Shown here: piece by piece, positions 36,201 to 49,086 of the stretch
How positions within the stretch are numbered: position 1 is the first letter of the stretch
How the letters are laid out: every line of letters starts with the position of its first letter
Source of the DNA: Dendrobates tinctorius
Taxonomy: Eukaryota
Length of the DNA stretch: 64,000 bases
NCBI RefSeq assembly: GCF_039654945.1
Contig: NW_027361731.1
Coordinates: 558,001-622,000, forward strand
Direction: 5' to 3'
The notes under the pieces: model-generated
What the model saw: the letters and a program-made list of their open reading frames with translations, nothing else
Databases searched by the model: none
Told to the model about the DNA's origin: nothing
Translations under genes and position numbers: made by a program

Positions 36201-38062
36201 CCTCTACTACACATCTTATTAAAGGATACATGAAAACTTATTAATCTGTGATCACTATTACCCAAGTGACCCCCAACCCTTACATTTGATATGCGGTCTG
36301 GCCTGTTGGTTAATATTAGGTCTAGCAGTGCCCCCCCCCTCTTGTTGGGTCCTGAACCAGTTGTGAAAGGTAATTGTCTCTCATAGTAGTCAAAAACCTA
36401 TTACCTTTGCTGGAACTGCAGATTTCGGTTCCCCAATGTATTTCAGGGTAGTTGAAGTCCCCCATAATAATGACTTCTCCTTGAGTCGCAGCTTCATCTA
36501 TTTGCTTTATGAGGATATTCTCTGTTGCTTCCATTATTTTTGGAGACTTATAACAAACCCCTATCAGTAATTTATTATTTTTCCCCCCTCCCCTTATCTC
36601 TACCCACAGGGACTCTACATTTTAATTAGATTCATATATATTATCACGAAGGATGGGTTTTAAGGATGATTTTACATATAAACACACACCTCCCCCTCGC
36701 TTATTTGTACGGTCATTTCTGAACAGACTATAGCCCTGTAAATTAACTGCCCAGTCATGGCTCTCGTCCAGCCATGTCTCAGATATCCCCACCATGTCAT
36801 AATTATGTTCCAACAACATTAACTCCAATTCCTCCATCTTGTTGGCGAGACTTCTGGCATTAGTATACATGCACTTTATGTATCTCTCTGTACCTCTATT
36901 CTTTCTTAAATTATTAACTGTTCTAACCCCACCCCCCGTGCCTTCCCCACCCCCAATTTCATTATTTGTGCCCAGGTCTCTAACTGCACTGTTTTCCCCT
37001 CCTATAAAAGGAATACCCTCCCCCCCCCGTCCCTAGTTTAAACACTCCTCCAACCTTCTAGCCATTTTCTCCCCCAGCACAGCTGCACCCTCCCCATTGA
37101 GGTGCAACCCGTCCCTAGCGTAGAACCTGTAGCCAACTGAGAAGTCAGCCCAGTTCTGCAGGAACCCAAACCCCTCCTTCCTACACCAATTCCTGAGCCA
37201 CTTATTAACCTCCCTAATCTCCCGTTGCCTCTCTGGCGTGGCACGTGGTACAGGAAGTATTTCCGAAAATACCACCTTGGAGGTCCTTGCTTTAAGCTTA
37301 CAGCCTAATTCCCTGAAATCATCTTTAAGGACCTTCCACCTACCTCTAACTTTGTCATTTGTGCCAATGTGCACCATGACCGCTGGATCCTCACCAGCCC
37401 CTCCCAGTAATCTGTCAACCAGATCAGCGATGTGTCGGACTCGAGCGCCAGGTAGGCAGCACACCGTTCGACGATCCCTGTCTTTGTGACAGATTGCCCT
37501 ATCTGTTCCCCTAATAATTGAGTCTCCCACTACCAGAACCTGTCTAGCCTGCCCTGCTCTCCTATTTCCCCCCTTACTGGAGCAGACACTCCTCCGGCTT
37601 TCAGAGGACATGCCTTGCTGCAGCGGTGCTACTCCTGCACTAACACTCCCCTCATCTGCCAACTTAGCAAACTTATTGGGGTGTGCCAGATCAGGACTAG
37701 CCTCCCTGGTGCTCTTCCCTCTACCCCGCCTTCTAACTGTCACCCAGCTAGCTGCTTCATTGTCCTGCAGCTCCAACCTAGCATCCCCCCCTCATCTATC
37801 ATTGAGAGTCTGCTCAGTGAGCAGAAGACTCCTTTCCATATTGTCTATGGATCTCAGTGTTGCCAGCTGCACATTTAGATCCAGTATCTGGGCTTCCAAA
37901 TGCACAACGTGCTCACATCTCACACAGCAGTATGCACCCTCGACCGGCTGTTCAAGGATTTCATACATGCGGCAAGACGTGCACTGGATGGCATTGGCAA
38001 TAGTGGAGCACATCCTAATGGGGATTGCACCAGACAATAAGATAAGCAGAAATAAATTTAAA
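33223..38062 (-). mobile_element. Near full-length CR1 LINE
   Basis: 3' (ACTATGTT)n octamer tail. ORF2 has an APE endonuclease (MYTNARSL, GDFNYP, SDH) and RT (PGPDGIHPRVL, GVPQGSVLGP, FADD) at ~36900-33449 with two frameshifts. ORF1 has a CxxC zinc finger/coiled coil and an SGNH esterase (VVGDSII, HIGTND, DGLHLN) at ~38010-37033. AAAGT on both flanks. Confidence 0.95.
33768..34396 (+). mobile_element. 629-bp insertion in CR1 ORF2, probably a Penelope-like terminal repeat
   Basis: Exact 13-bp TSD AAATAACCCCAAA (33755-33767 / 34397-34409). Begins with the 3' half of a hammerhead-like motif (GCGACACGCGTCGGG); AT-rich body with AATAAA near the end. Confidence 0.65.
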
Positions 38063-38544
38063 AAAGTGCTGGATGGATTTGCTCTGACTTCCATACCAAT
38101 GATCCCTTTAAGAGAGAAGATGTATCTATGGGATGGAGGATGTGTGATGGGGATATGGGCAGGGAGGGGGGGATTCATTTCTGTCATGTGCTCTGTGCTC
38201 CTTTCAGGGGGCAGACAATGGCTGGGAGATTATGTTCCCAGGGATGCTAGATTTCTCCCACCATGTCAGTGTCTGCTGAGGTGTTGTCAAGTTGGAAAAC
38301 TGTTGGTCATAGCAACCAATCACAGCTCAGCTTCTTTTGAACAGCTTTGGTGAAATGAAAGATGCTTCGTGATTGGTTGGTGATACACACACACATTCAT
38401 TTTTATATATAGAGGTACTTATTTGCATCAACTTTGGTCTCAGTCTCATATTGTCCCTTGCCATCAGATTCCATAGTACCCATATAATTATTACACTGAT
38501 ACTGCCCTCCCTCGCAGCCTAAACTGTGATGAACTCTGGAGGGT

Positions 38545-38952
38545 GGGAAAATGTACAGTTGCCTATGTTGTTACATGATCTGCCATGGTCTCTGTGAATT
38601 CACCCTTAATTCTACAGGTGAAATTTTCCCGATCAAAAGTCCCATGTCGTGTTCCACAAGTTATGTTATATACCGTACATTATTAGATGCTGATTCCAGA
38701 ATTTATATGTGGAAAGGACTACCCAACCCCTCCACAAAAGGCTGAACTCACATCATTCCAATATTCGAAAGGGTTTTCTCAAACATGGGCTTTCACGCCA
38801 CTCCACCACCAAACACAATAAAGATTATACACAACTGAAAATATTCCCCATAGAGGAGATTCCCCCACAGGTTCAGAATCGCATTGGACAACTAAATCGG
38901 AAAGAAATCTTTTGGATTTATAAACTAAACACCCTTACTCCAAATGGACTAC
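38545..38952 (+). mobile_element. Penelope-like GIY-YIG endonuclease remnant
   Basis: FPIKSPMSCSTSYVIY...RTTQPLHKRLNSHHSNIRKG...LSRH...LNRKEIFWIYKLNTLTPNGL. Confidence 0.88.
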
Positions 38953-41900
38953 AGCACTATTTAGCATAACAAAGAAAAAAATACAGGCCACATATTTGTC
39001 AGTGAGGTATCTCCATGCCAGCTCATATATCTGCGTGCTCTAAGTTTGGCCATTTCAGGACGGTATTCCAGTGTTTTCCTGTGTGTCACTCAAGTTATAT
39101 ACAGCACTATTTTGTATTTTTTCCAAAAACAGGCCACATATTTGTCAGTGTGGTTTCTCCGTGCCAGCTCATATATCTGGGTGCTCCAAGTTTGGCCATT
39201 TCAGGCCGGTATTCCAGTGTTTTCCTGTTTCACTCTACTTATATACAGCACTATTTAGCATAACAAAGAAAAAAATACAGGCCACATATTTGGCAGTGTG
39301 GTATCTCCGTAACAGGCCTCATTTATCTGTGCAAAAAATTTGGCCATTTTAGGCCTACATAATTCTAGTGGTTTTGCAGTCTGTTACCGTACTTATTGAC
39401 ACCAATTTGATAAGCAAAAAAACAATTTTAACTACTGTCCAGATAGGTTAAAGTGTGGTTTTCCAGCACAGATATCACAAACAAGTTCGCTTCCAATTCA
39501 GCCATTTGTAGTGAACGTGTATAATATTCTAGTCCATTTACAATGGGCAAGGCGCGTGGCAAAGGACGGGGAAGTGGACGTGATGGTGATGGTGCATGCC
39601 GAGGCCATGGGCAAGCTGAAATTGGGCCACCAAAAACACCCACATCTTCTCGCTGGACCTTAGTGTCCGAAGTCCTAGGGGACCGCACCAAGACAGCATT
39701 ATTGAAGCCTGAGCAGTGTGAAAAGGTTGTTGGTTGGATAGCAGATAATACTTCCAGTTACTTATCCACCACAACCAGCACCCTGTCTTCCACACGGTCA
39801 AGTCAGAGTAGACGTGAATCTGGATGCATATTCCTCATCCTGATCCTCTTTCCTCCCACCATGCTGAGTGCCCTGAGACAACTGATCCCACACTCGGACA
39901 CTCCGAAGAGCTGTTCAGTTTTCCGTTTGTAGATTCGTGCTTCTCGCCTGGTCCACTTGAAGCAGGGCAAGATGAGATTCCATGTAGCGATGCACAAATA
40001 TATGAGCACCACGGTCACAAGAGGTGGACAATGATGAGACACAATTGCCAGAAAGTCAGTGGGAGGACCGGGGTGTGGAAGCTGAAGATGAGGTGATTGA
40101 TGATATAGTAACTGACCCAGCTTGGCAGGAGGAGATGCAGAGTGACGACAGCAGCACACAGAGAGAGGGAGGCTTAGCACCTCTTCAGGCATGAAGAAGT
40201 AGTGTGGTGGCTGCAGACAGAAGGTGGTCAACCGTTCCCCTTAACACCTACATGACGGAAGTTGCCAGTCCAACTGTTAGGTCTTCCTGAGTCTGGTTAT
40301 TTTTTAAAGACTCTGCCGATAACCCAAACAGGCCATTTGCAAAGCCTGTCATGCCAGCATCACCTGGGGTAGCAAAACTACCAGCCTTACCACCACCAGC
40401 ATGATCAGGCACACAGCAGCAAAGCAGCCGATTTTGTGGGCCCAACCCCAGGCTCCAGGAACAATGTCTGCGGGTGACACCACTGCTTCTTTCACTGTTA
40501 TGCGTGCAAGCCAATCCCCTGTCCACAGTGCATGCGAAGATGCCTCCTGCCCTGCACCTGCCGTTGCCCACAGTCAAATAGCACCATCATCAAGCACGTC
40601 CACGTCCTAGTCCAAGCACAGCCTTCAGTTGTCCATACCAGTCATTTAGACGTAAGCGGAAATACGCAGCCAACGCCCCACAGGCCACAGTACTAAATTT
40701 TCACATTTCTTGTCTGCTTGCACTCGAAATGTTGCCTTTTACGCTCGTGGAGATGAAAGCTTTCCGCAACCTGATGGCGGCCGCCATCCCAACGTACTCA
40801 TTCCCGCCACTATTTCTCCCGCTGTGCCATCCTGGCATTACACAAGCACATTACCCGTGCCCTCAACAATGCAGTTACTGGGAAAGTACACCTAACCATG
40901 GACATGTGGACAAGTGCTTGTGGCAAGGGGTTGTACATCTCACTGACGGCACACTGGGTTAACATAGTGGAAGCCGGGACCCAGTCAGACCTTGGGATGG
41001 AACACATTCTCCCGACGCCAAGGATTGCGGGCCCTACGTCAATCAGGGTTGCCCCCACTGTGTACAGCTCCTGCACCTACTCCTCCTCCTCTTCAGCCTC
41101 CATCTCCGAAATGAGCACATCAGTCACAAGCTGGAAGCACTGTGGCACTGCCAAAGCCAAGCGGCAACAGGCTGTGCTGAAGCTAATTTGCTTAGGTGAC
41201 AAACCACACAATGCTGAAGAGTTGTTGACAGCTCTGAAAGAGCAGTCCAATGTGTGGCTGACACCGCTGAATCTCCAACCAGGCATGGTTATGTGTGACA
41301 ATGGCAGGAACCTGGTGGTGGCTCTGAGGCGAAGCGAACTGATACACATACCATGCCTGGCCCATGTGCTTAACTTAGTTGTTCAATGTTTTCTAAAAAG
41401 CTACCTGAAGCCACCGCATCTGCTGGTGAAAGTACGCCGCCTGTGTGCCCTTTTTAGAAAGTCAGTTACATCTTCAGCCGCCCTTGTCATGTTTCAGTAG
41501 CGATCGCAGATTACGCCTCACCGACTGGTGTGTGATGTCCCCACGCTTTGGAACTCTACACTGCATATGTTGGAAAGGATTTGTGAGCAGAAGAGGGCAG
41601 TTGTTGAATACAACATCAACAAGGCCATCGTTATTAGACTTTGACTCCACACATAAGACCTCTGGAGTGGACATGAATATCAGACATATGTAACATCCTC
41701 CAAAACTTTGAGGAGTCCACCAAGATGGTGAACGGCGATGAAGCCATAATTAGAGTCACTATCCCGCTCATCTGCATTCTGAAAATCTCTCTGCTCACAA
41801 TGAAAGAGTATGCATTGCAGGTGGAGCACGAGGACATGGAGCAAGAAACCATACAGGATGATTACACACAGCCCAGCCTCATATCATCCCAACGTAGATT

Positions 41901-42437
41901 GGTTGACAATGAGGAGGAGGAAGAACAGGAGCTACTTTCATGCGCTATAGACAGTATTACAAGCACAACTGTCATACCGTCTGTTCAGCATGGATGGCCT
42001 GAGGACAGGGAGGAGGAGGAGGACACCTTGGTCAGTCGTCCTGTTGGTGAGGACACGGAAGGCTTGCCTGCTACCAGTCTGGCACGCATGGCTGACTTTA
42101 TGTTGCGCTGCCTTTCCCGTGACCCTCGTACTGTAAAAAAAACTTGGGCAACAGTCATTACTGGGTAGTGACACTTTTAGTCCCATGCTACAAGGAGAAC
42201 TTTCAATCTCTTGTTCCAGAGGCAGACAGGTGTACTAAAATGGTGCAGTACAGGAGTGCCATTGCTACAGAATTATTTAAAAAATTCCCATCTCAAAACA
42301 CTGGCGACAGACATAACAGTTCGTTAGACAACCAAGGAGGACAGGCATGAGAGACACAACTCCAATCCAGCAGAGGCAGGGGAACACTGGCAAAGTTCTG
42401 GGAGTTTTCTCAGACCCTTCCATTGCCCTGGCTCTGA

Positions 42438-43532
42438 GGCTGGTTTCACATTTGCGTTTTTTTTTCGCGGTAATTTAGCACTAAATAGCGCATGCGTTTT
42501 TTTTTCCTATACTTTGCATGGGATGCGCTTATGTGCGCATACACATGCGTTTGTACGCGTTTTACCGCGCATGCGTTTTTTTGCGGTATGCGCTCGGGCG
42601 CACAAAATGCAACCTGTTGCATTTTTTGTGCGTCCGATTTGCCTCAAAAAACGCATGCGCGCGCAATGCGTTTTTTTTACAGCAAGACACCCAATATAAG
42701 TCTATGGGTGCGCATATGTGCGCATTGGCATGCTTATGTATGCGTTTTTTTGCACATGCGTTTTTTTTTGTTAACCATGGAATTTAGGGGTTTGGGTTAG
42801 AGTTAGGGTTAGTTAAGGGGGTTTAGGGTTAGGGTTAGGGTCAGGGTCAGGGTTGGGGTTAGGGTCAGGGTCAGGGTTAGTTAGGGTTTAGGGTTTGGGT
42901 TAGGGTTAGGGTTAANNNNNNNNNNNNNNNNNNNNNNNNNNNNNNNNNNNNNNNNNNNNNNNNNNNNNNNNNNNNNNNNNNNNNNNNNNNNNNNNNNNNN
43001 NNNNNNNNNNNNNNNNNNNNNNNNNNNNNNNNNNNNNNNNNNNNNNNNNNNNNNNNNNNNNNNNNNNNNNNNNNNNNNNNNNNNNNNNNNNNNNNNNNNN
43101 NNNNNNNNNNNNNNNNNNNNNNNNNNNNNNNNNNNNNNNNNNNNNNNNNNNNNNNNNNNNAAGGTTTAGGGTCAGGGTTAGGGTTAGGGTTAAGGTTAGT
43201 TAGGGTTTGGGTTAGGGTTAAGTATGGTTTGGTTAAGGGTTAGGGTCAGGGTTAGGGTTAGGGTCAGGGTTAGGGTTAGGGTCAGGGTTAGGGTTAGTAA
43301 AGTCATGGTTTGGGTTAGTGTGAGGGGCCACCTAATGTTGGAAAAAACCGCAAACGCGGTAAAAACGCACTAAAAACGCATACAAACGCATAAAAACGCT
43401 GCGTTTTTTTCATGCATGCTCATAAAAATGCTTGAAAAAAACGCAGCAGTTGTATGCTTTTGTATGCGTTTTTTCAATGCGTTTTTTTGCGGGAAAAACG
43501 CGCTGCAAAAAAAAGCAAGTGTGAAACTAGCC
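42438..43532. mobile_element. Harbinger-type MITE with a central telomere-like array spanning the assembly gap
   Basis: TIRs GGCTGGTTTCACATTTGC / GCAAGTGTGAAACTAGCC; TGA TSD; degenerate (TTAGGG)n at ~42783-43318. Confidence 0.82.
42916..43160. other. Assembly gap (245 N)
   Basis: Run of N between TTAGGG-like repeats. Confidence 1.
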
Positions 43533-43635
43533 TGAGGCGCAGGGTAATGTCACAAGGAATGCAATGCTTTCTAAGATGCTGAGGGAGTACCTTGCTGACC
43601 ATACCAAAGGCTGAGGTGTACCCCACAGGGGAAAT

Positions 43636-44317
43636 TGTTGTGAACTCCCTTGCTCGGATTTCTGTGCCGAAGCTCCCTCTGCTCCCTCTGGTGGTTACTG
43701 AGAGTAGTGGAGCTGGCCAGGTGGATGGAGGTTCTCCACCTGACGATGATAATTGTGAATCTGGGATTGCTGGCTGGGAGCATATAATGGAGCTGGCTGC
43801 TCTTGGAGGTTGCTGGTGATTTTTTAGTCTGTGTGCATTTGGATCTTTTTGCTTGCTGCCAGTTTACACCAGATTGTTGATATAGCGGGGGGTGAGATCG
43901 TGTGATCTGGTTTTTTGTATATCAGAAGTGTTGGACTTTTTCAGGGTTTTGTGCATGATTGCAGATAGTATCTTTTTCTGTCCTGTCCTGTCTAGACAGC
44001 TTGGGACCCACCGTCAGTCAGTCTGTTCTCTGCCTGTGTTTGTGTCTCATCTTGTCTCACCAACAATATATGTTTGGGGGCTGTCTATTCCTTTGGGGAT
44101 CTGCTCCAGGGCAGTTTAGATTTCATCTGTCCGTCTTTAGGCTTAGTTAGTCCTCCGGCTGTGACGAAGCATCTAGGGCATCGTAGGAACGCTCCACGGC
44201 TACTGCTAGTTGTGCGGATAGGATCAGGGGTCTGCAATCCGCTTAGTTACCAACCTCTCTGGTCTTCTGGTGGCTTAGCCTGTTCCTGCCATCCTCCTTG
44301 GTGACCCATTCATAACA
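43636..44317 (+). mobile_element. Solo LTR
   Basis: TGTTGTGA...TCATAACA termini; GGAAAT duplicated on both sides; shares its 3' region with 49712-50515. Confidence 0.85.
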
Positions 44318-44693
44318 GGAAATGTTTGCCAGCCCATACACTTAGTGTATGGGCATTACAAGTCTAGGAGACCCGCTCCTTTACATTGGGCATAGTGTTT
44401 AATTAGGCCTTCCTCCGCGTGTCATCATCCACTGCCACTAGATGACCAGGGTTAACGTGTTCCGTGCTGCTACAGCCAGTGTCGAATTCCTAACAAGGGT
44501 GGGTGGTTATGCTGAGCATAAAATACTTGTTATGGAAAAGGTTGAGGTGTACCCCACTGGAGAAAATGTTTGCCAACCCATACATTAAGTGTATGGGCAT
44601 TCCAAGTCGAGGAGACCCGCTCCTTTGCAATTTGTCATTTTTTTCATGAGGCCCTCCTCCATGTTTCTTCCAAAGGGTGATTGGGGTTATTGG

Positions 44694-47600
44694 TGATACG
44701 GCGGCGGAGCACACTTAAAAAAATATAAATAAACGTGTTCGCCGCCCGGGGTCCACTGTGCGGCAGATGGAAAAACCGCAGCTAGAAGACACAGAGCACT
44801 GTGGCGGTAATGTGCACGGGGTTCTATATCACCCAGGTGCAGTCAAGCAGTCTCTGTTAAGTGCACAGAGCTGCTACAAGAAAAATAGCAAAGTAACGCT
44901 GAGCCTGTTAGTAACACAGGAACTCAGCGACACACATGCGGTAGGCAAAAACCAGAGTAGTTAAAACGTCACCACATCCGACACCTACCGTAGTAACAAG
45001 TGTGCTGGCGTCGCAACCGCGGACGCACAAATAAGCTGCAACTGCAGCGCGGCGTGAACAGAGCCACAAGCAAGGCGCTGCAAGGACGCTGGCGCAATGC
45101 AGGATGCTTAGCTGCTGCACAAGGTATGGCTGGAGCGCGCTGGCGCTAGCGCTGCTACTGGCGGCTGCCCAATCACTCACTCAATCGTAATGTCAGAGGG
45201 AAGGGGTTTCATAATAAGTCATCCACCTGTCCAAGCATACAAAACCATACACACAGCAGCAGTATGAAAATACTAGCGCATGGCGGAACAGCCATGCGCA
45301 CTTTTTATAGTGTACGGGACCTTCCGGAAGTCTCCATAACCCTGAGCTGGACCAATGGAATCAGGAGCAGGACCTGAGCACCTGACTCCTGAACTCCAAT
45401 GGGAGGTTGTCCCAGGAGCATGCTCAGAGTATGGGGTGAAGGACTTAGCCTCCGGAGAGAGTTGCTGAAAAGCAAACTCTTCTGCAATCTCTCCTGCAGT
45501 GGACGGATAGCAGGAGACTGCAGGATGTAAGGGTCTAGATCTCTGCATAGCCAGGGCAGAAATCTGACTCCTAACATTACCCCCCCTCCTAGGGCCCCCC
45601 TCCATGAACCTTCCGATCCGCCAGCCTGTGCCTGACAGTGGCACAGGCCTCAGACTCGTCAAAAGGCGAGTCTGAAGTGCCGGTAGGTGAAACCGAAAAC
45701 CGGGATATACGGATGGAATCAGCGGAGGCCAGGTCGCCAGGTCTCAGGAGGGACACCCGGGAGATAATGGGAGTGGGAGTTTTAGTAGGACGCCGCCGTG
45801 TATCGACGGCCGTCGCCACACTCCATTCGGGAAAGCTATCCCGGGCACATAAAGTGCATGCCCGAATGAATTTTTTTACGTCCCGAGCCCTGTGCGGCCA
45901 CCAATACGATCCGGCCAGAGACTTCATGGTCTGCATATAGCCACGGTGGTCGTCCGCATTAGGTGTGTGTGCCCACGCGAGAATTTTAGGCCGCTGGCGA
46001 GGGGGAACAAAAGTCTCGCCTACCGACTCACACTCAGACCATTGCGGGGGGCTGTCTTCCTGGGAAGCAGCATGTAGGTGGTGGCAACCGCATATGGACC
46101 CGTGAGCCGGAGGTGTCTCTGAAATGGTACGAGACACTTCCATGGGCTCGGGAGGTAGAACCTCTGGCTCGGGCAGCTCCAGAGGCACAAAAAGGTTGGG
46201 AGCCGGGGTACCTCTCCGCTTGGAGTCAGCTCGCTCCATACCGCGCTCCGAAAAACGGAGATCGATACGGGAGGAGATAGAAATTAGCTCCTCCAGAGAG
46301 GTAGGGATCTCTCTAGTGGAGAGAGCATCCTTAACATGCCCCGCTAATCCTCTCCAAAAAACAGGGATCAGTGCCTTGTCGGACCACTCCAACTCGGATG
46401 CCAGTGTCCGAAAACGGACGGCGTACTGGCTAACCGAGAGAGACCCCTGAGACAAGGCAAGCAACTGTAGAGAGGTGTCATGGGTGACCCGGGGACTGAG
46501 AAAAACTTGCCTGATGGCTGTCAGCAAGTGGGCAGCGGTCCGAATCTCGGGATCCCCCCACTCCCATAAAGGCGTAGCCCATTCCAGCGCCTTGCCAGAC
46601 AGTAAGGATATAATAAAGGCCACCTTGGCCCGTTCTGTAGGGAATTGCGCAGCCAGCAGCTCCAGGTGGATCGAGCACTGGCTGATAAACCCCCTGCAGG
46701 AGGCGCCATCCCCAGAATATTTATCGGGCAACGGGAGACGGGTAACTGTCGGCGCAAGGGTGGACATGGACATCCACGCGACCGCATCAGTAAGTGCCTT
46801 TACAGCAGCATCCGTGGCCTGCGAAGCTGCGAGAGCTCTCTCAAGGGTGGTCAAGCGAGTCTCGAGCTGTCGCACACACTGGAGGAGTTGCTGCTATTCT
46901 GTCATCTCTAGCCAGACCCTGGCGCTAGTATTATGTTACGGCGGCGGAACATGCTTAAAAAATATAAATAAACGTGTTCGCCGCCCGGGGTCCACCGTGC
47001 GGCAGATGGAAAAACCGCAGCTAGAAGACACAGAGCATTGTGGCGGTAATGTGCATGGGGTTCTATATCACCCAGGTGCAGTCAAGCAGTCTCTGTTAAG
47101 TGCACAGAGCTGCTACAAGAAAAATAGCAAAGTAACGCTGAGCCTGTTAGTAACACAGGGACTCAGCGACACACATGCGGTAGGCAAATACCGGAGTAGT
47201 TAAAATGTCACTACATCCGACACCTACCGTAGTAACAAGTGTGCTGGCGTCACAACCGCGGACACACAAATAAGCTGCAACTGCAGCGCGGCGTGACCAG
47301 AGCTGCAAGCAAGGCGCTGCAAGGACGCTGGCGCAATGCAGGACGCTTAGCTGCTGCACAAGGTATGGCTGGAGCGCGCTGGCGCTAGCGCTGCTACTGG
47401 CGGCTGCCCAATCACTCACTCAATCGTAATGTCAGAGAGAAGGGGTTTCATAATAAGTCATCCACCTGTCCAAGCATACAAAACCATACACACAGCAGCA
47501 GTATGAAAATACTAGCGCATGGCGGAACAACCATGCGCACTTTTTATAGTGTACGGGACCTTCCGGAAGGCTCCATAACCCTGAGTTGGACGAATGGAAT

Positions 47601-47813
47601 CAGGAGCAGGACCTGAGCACCTGACTCCTGAACTCCAATGGGAGGTTGTCCCAGGAGCATGCTCAGAGTATGGGGTGAAAGACAGCCTCCGGAGAGAGTT
47701 GCTGAAAAGCAAACTCTTCTGCAATCTCTCCTGCAGTGGACGGATAGCAGGAGACTGCAGGATGTAAGGGTCTAGATCTCTGCATAGCCAGGGCAGAAAT
47801 CTAACTCCTAACA
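44694..47813 (-). mobile_element. Compact non-autonomous LTR retrotransposon (3.1 kb) encoding only a Gag + integrase-H2C2 fusion
   Basis: Highly similar LTRs at 46934-47813 and 44694-45576; exact TSD ATTGG; PPT GGGGGGCCCTAGGAGGGGGG; 1357-bp interior filled by one ORF. Confidence 0.95.
45589..46905 (-). CDS. Sushi/PEG10-like Gag fused to an integrase zinc-binding (H2C2) domain; TAG at codon 4 in this copy
   Basis: LPLPDKYSGDGASCRGFISQC...AKVAFIISLLSGKALEWATPLWE...[14 protein letters not shown]; FVPPRQRPKILAWAH...HRG...YWWPHRARDVKKFIRACTLCAR. Start reads ATG ACA GAA TAG CAG, then open to the stop at 45589. Confidence 0.8.
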
Positions 47814-49086
47814 ATTGGGGTGCATATGACTTGGAAGCAGGGCAGGCCTTGCAGTCAATGCATAAGAAAACAGAATGGGTGTACAAAATTAATAATGTGA
47901 AGTACCTGGTTTCAAATTGTTAGGCTGGTTTCACATTTGCGTCTGTTTGCGCAGAGTTTCATCTGCAGCAATCCTTGTGCATCATATTTCCCTATCTTTA
48001 ACATGGTGTATGCAGGGGCATGCGTTTGCATTAGTTCGCATGCATCAGCGTATGTATGGGTTGTTTTTCGGTGTGCGTCGGGGTCCGGTGAACGCATCAT
48101 GTTGGATTTTTGGAAGCGGCAAAAATCCGTCAAATATGCGCAGTCATGTGCATGCTGATTTGTGCGTCAAAAAATGCATTACTGTCTATGGGAATGCATG
48201 CATACACAAGGAAATGCATACACACATGCGTTCTATATGCATGCATTTTTTTAATTAGTTGGTCCAGGAAGTGATTCAACCACCTGATAATTGAGAGCTC
48301 TATAAATAGAAGTGTGGACACAGCAAGGCCATAACTCTTTGGACTCTGGACGATACCACAACACTCGCTATGTAAGTATAGAACCTTAGAAAATGTCATC
48401 CTCCCTCACTGCTGTTTGCACTTTGTATTACATTTTTTTTCTGTTTACTTTTAGACGTGTCGAGTGGCCTGGTACAGTGGTTGTCTCCTGGTGCAGCGGG
48501 TTTCTCCAGTTCCTTTCCTGGTGCTGCTTTCTGTCGTGGTGAGGACAACACTATGTAAGAACAGAAACTTTGGAAATGTCTGTCTCTCTGAATGCTTTTT
48601 CTGTTCCTTGTAGACTAGCTGATTCTATCTGGCGCAGTGGGTGTTTCCTGGTGCAGTGGTTTTCTCCATTTCATTTCCTGGTGCTGCTTTCTGTCGTGGT
48701 GAGGACAACACTGTCACGCCCCCGGATGAAGCTAAAGGGCGAAACGGGCATTGGGGCGAGGGGGACACCATCGGACCACCAACACTTGTTTATGATCAAC
48801 TGAATTCAGGTAAAATACCTTGACTGGATATGTATTTAGCGATACTTTCTATATAGGACTACCAGCTCCACCTAAGGATTAAGGCTTCCTCTTTTTGATT
48901 CCTTTGGAAAATATATGGATTGCCATTAGATAAATAAGTACATCTGGATTCTTCCCAGGGTCGTCGGGCTCATGTGTCTCAGGAGGAAAGACGGGGTGTA
49001 AGTATTCCTTTCATCAGAGTTGTAATACAATTTTTTTTCAGTTTTACTTAAAATTCTTTTTTTCTATTTTATCCATAGGTTTCACA

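Larger units (their letters stand above)
39543..43605 (+). pseudogene. hAT transposase (BED finger + DDE, ZBED-like), disrupted
   Basis: BED finger VWLFFKDS...AICKAC...SMIRH; MDMWTS...YISLTAHWV; CDNGRNL; CLAHVLNLVVQ; CDVPTLWNSTLHMLERI; multiple stops and frameshifts. Confidence 0.9.

Noticed and set aside
39543-42350. Host ZBED gene
   Set aside because: Multiple stops, frameshifts and nested insertions indicate a decayed hAT transposase.
42783-43318. True chromosome end or fusion site
   Set aside because: The repeats are degenerate, on the same strand on both sides of the gap, and bounded by MITE TIRs with a TGA TSD.
45589-46875. Domesticated RTL/PEG10-like host gene
   Set aside because: Still flanked by two near-identical LTRs, PPT and TSD, so it is a recent mobile copy.
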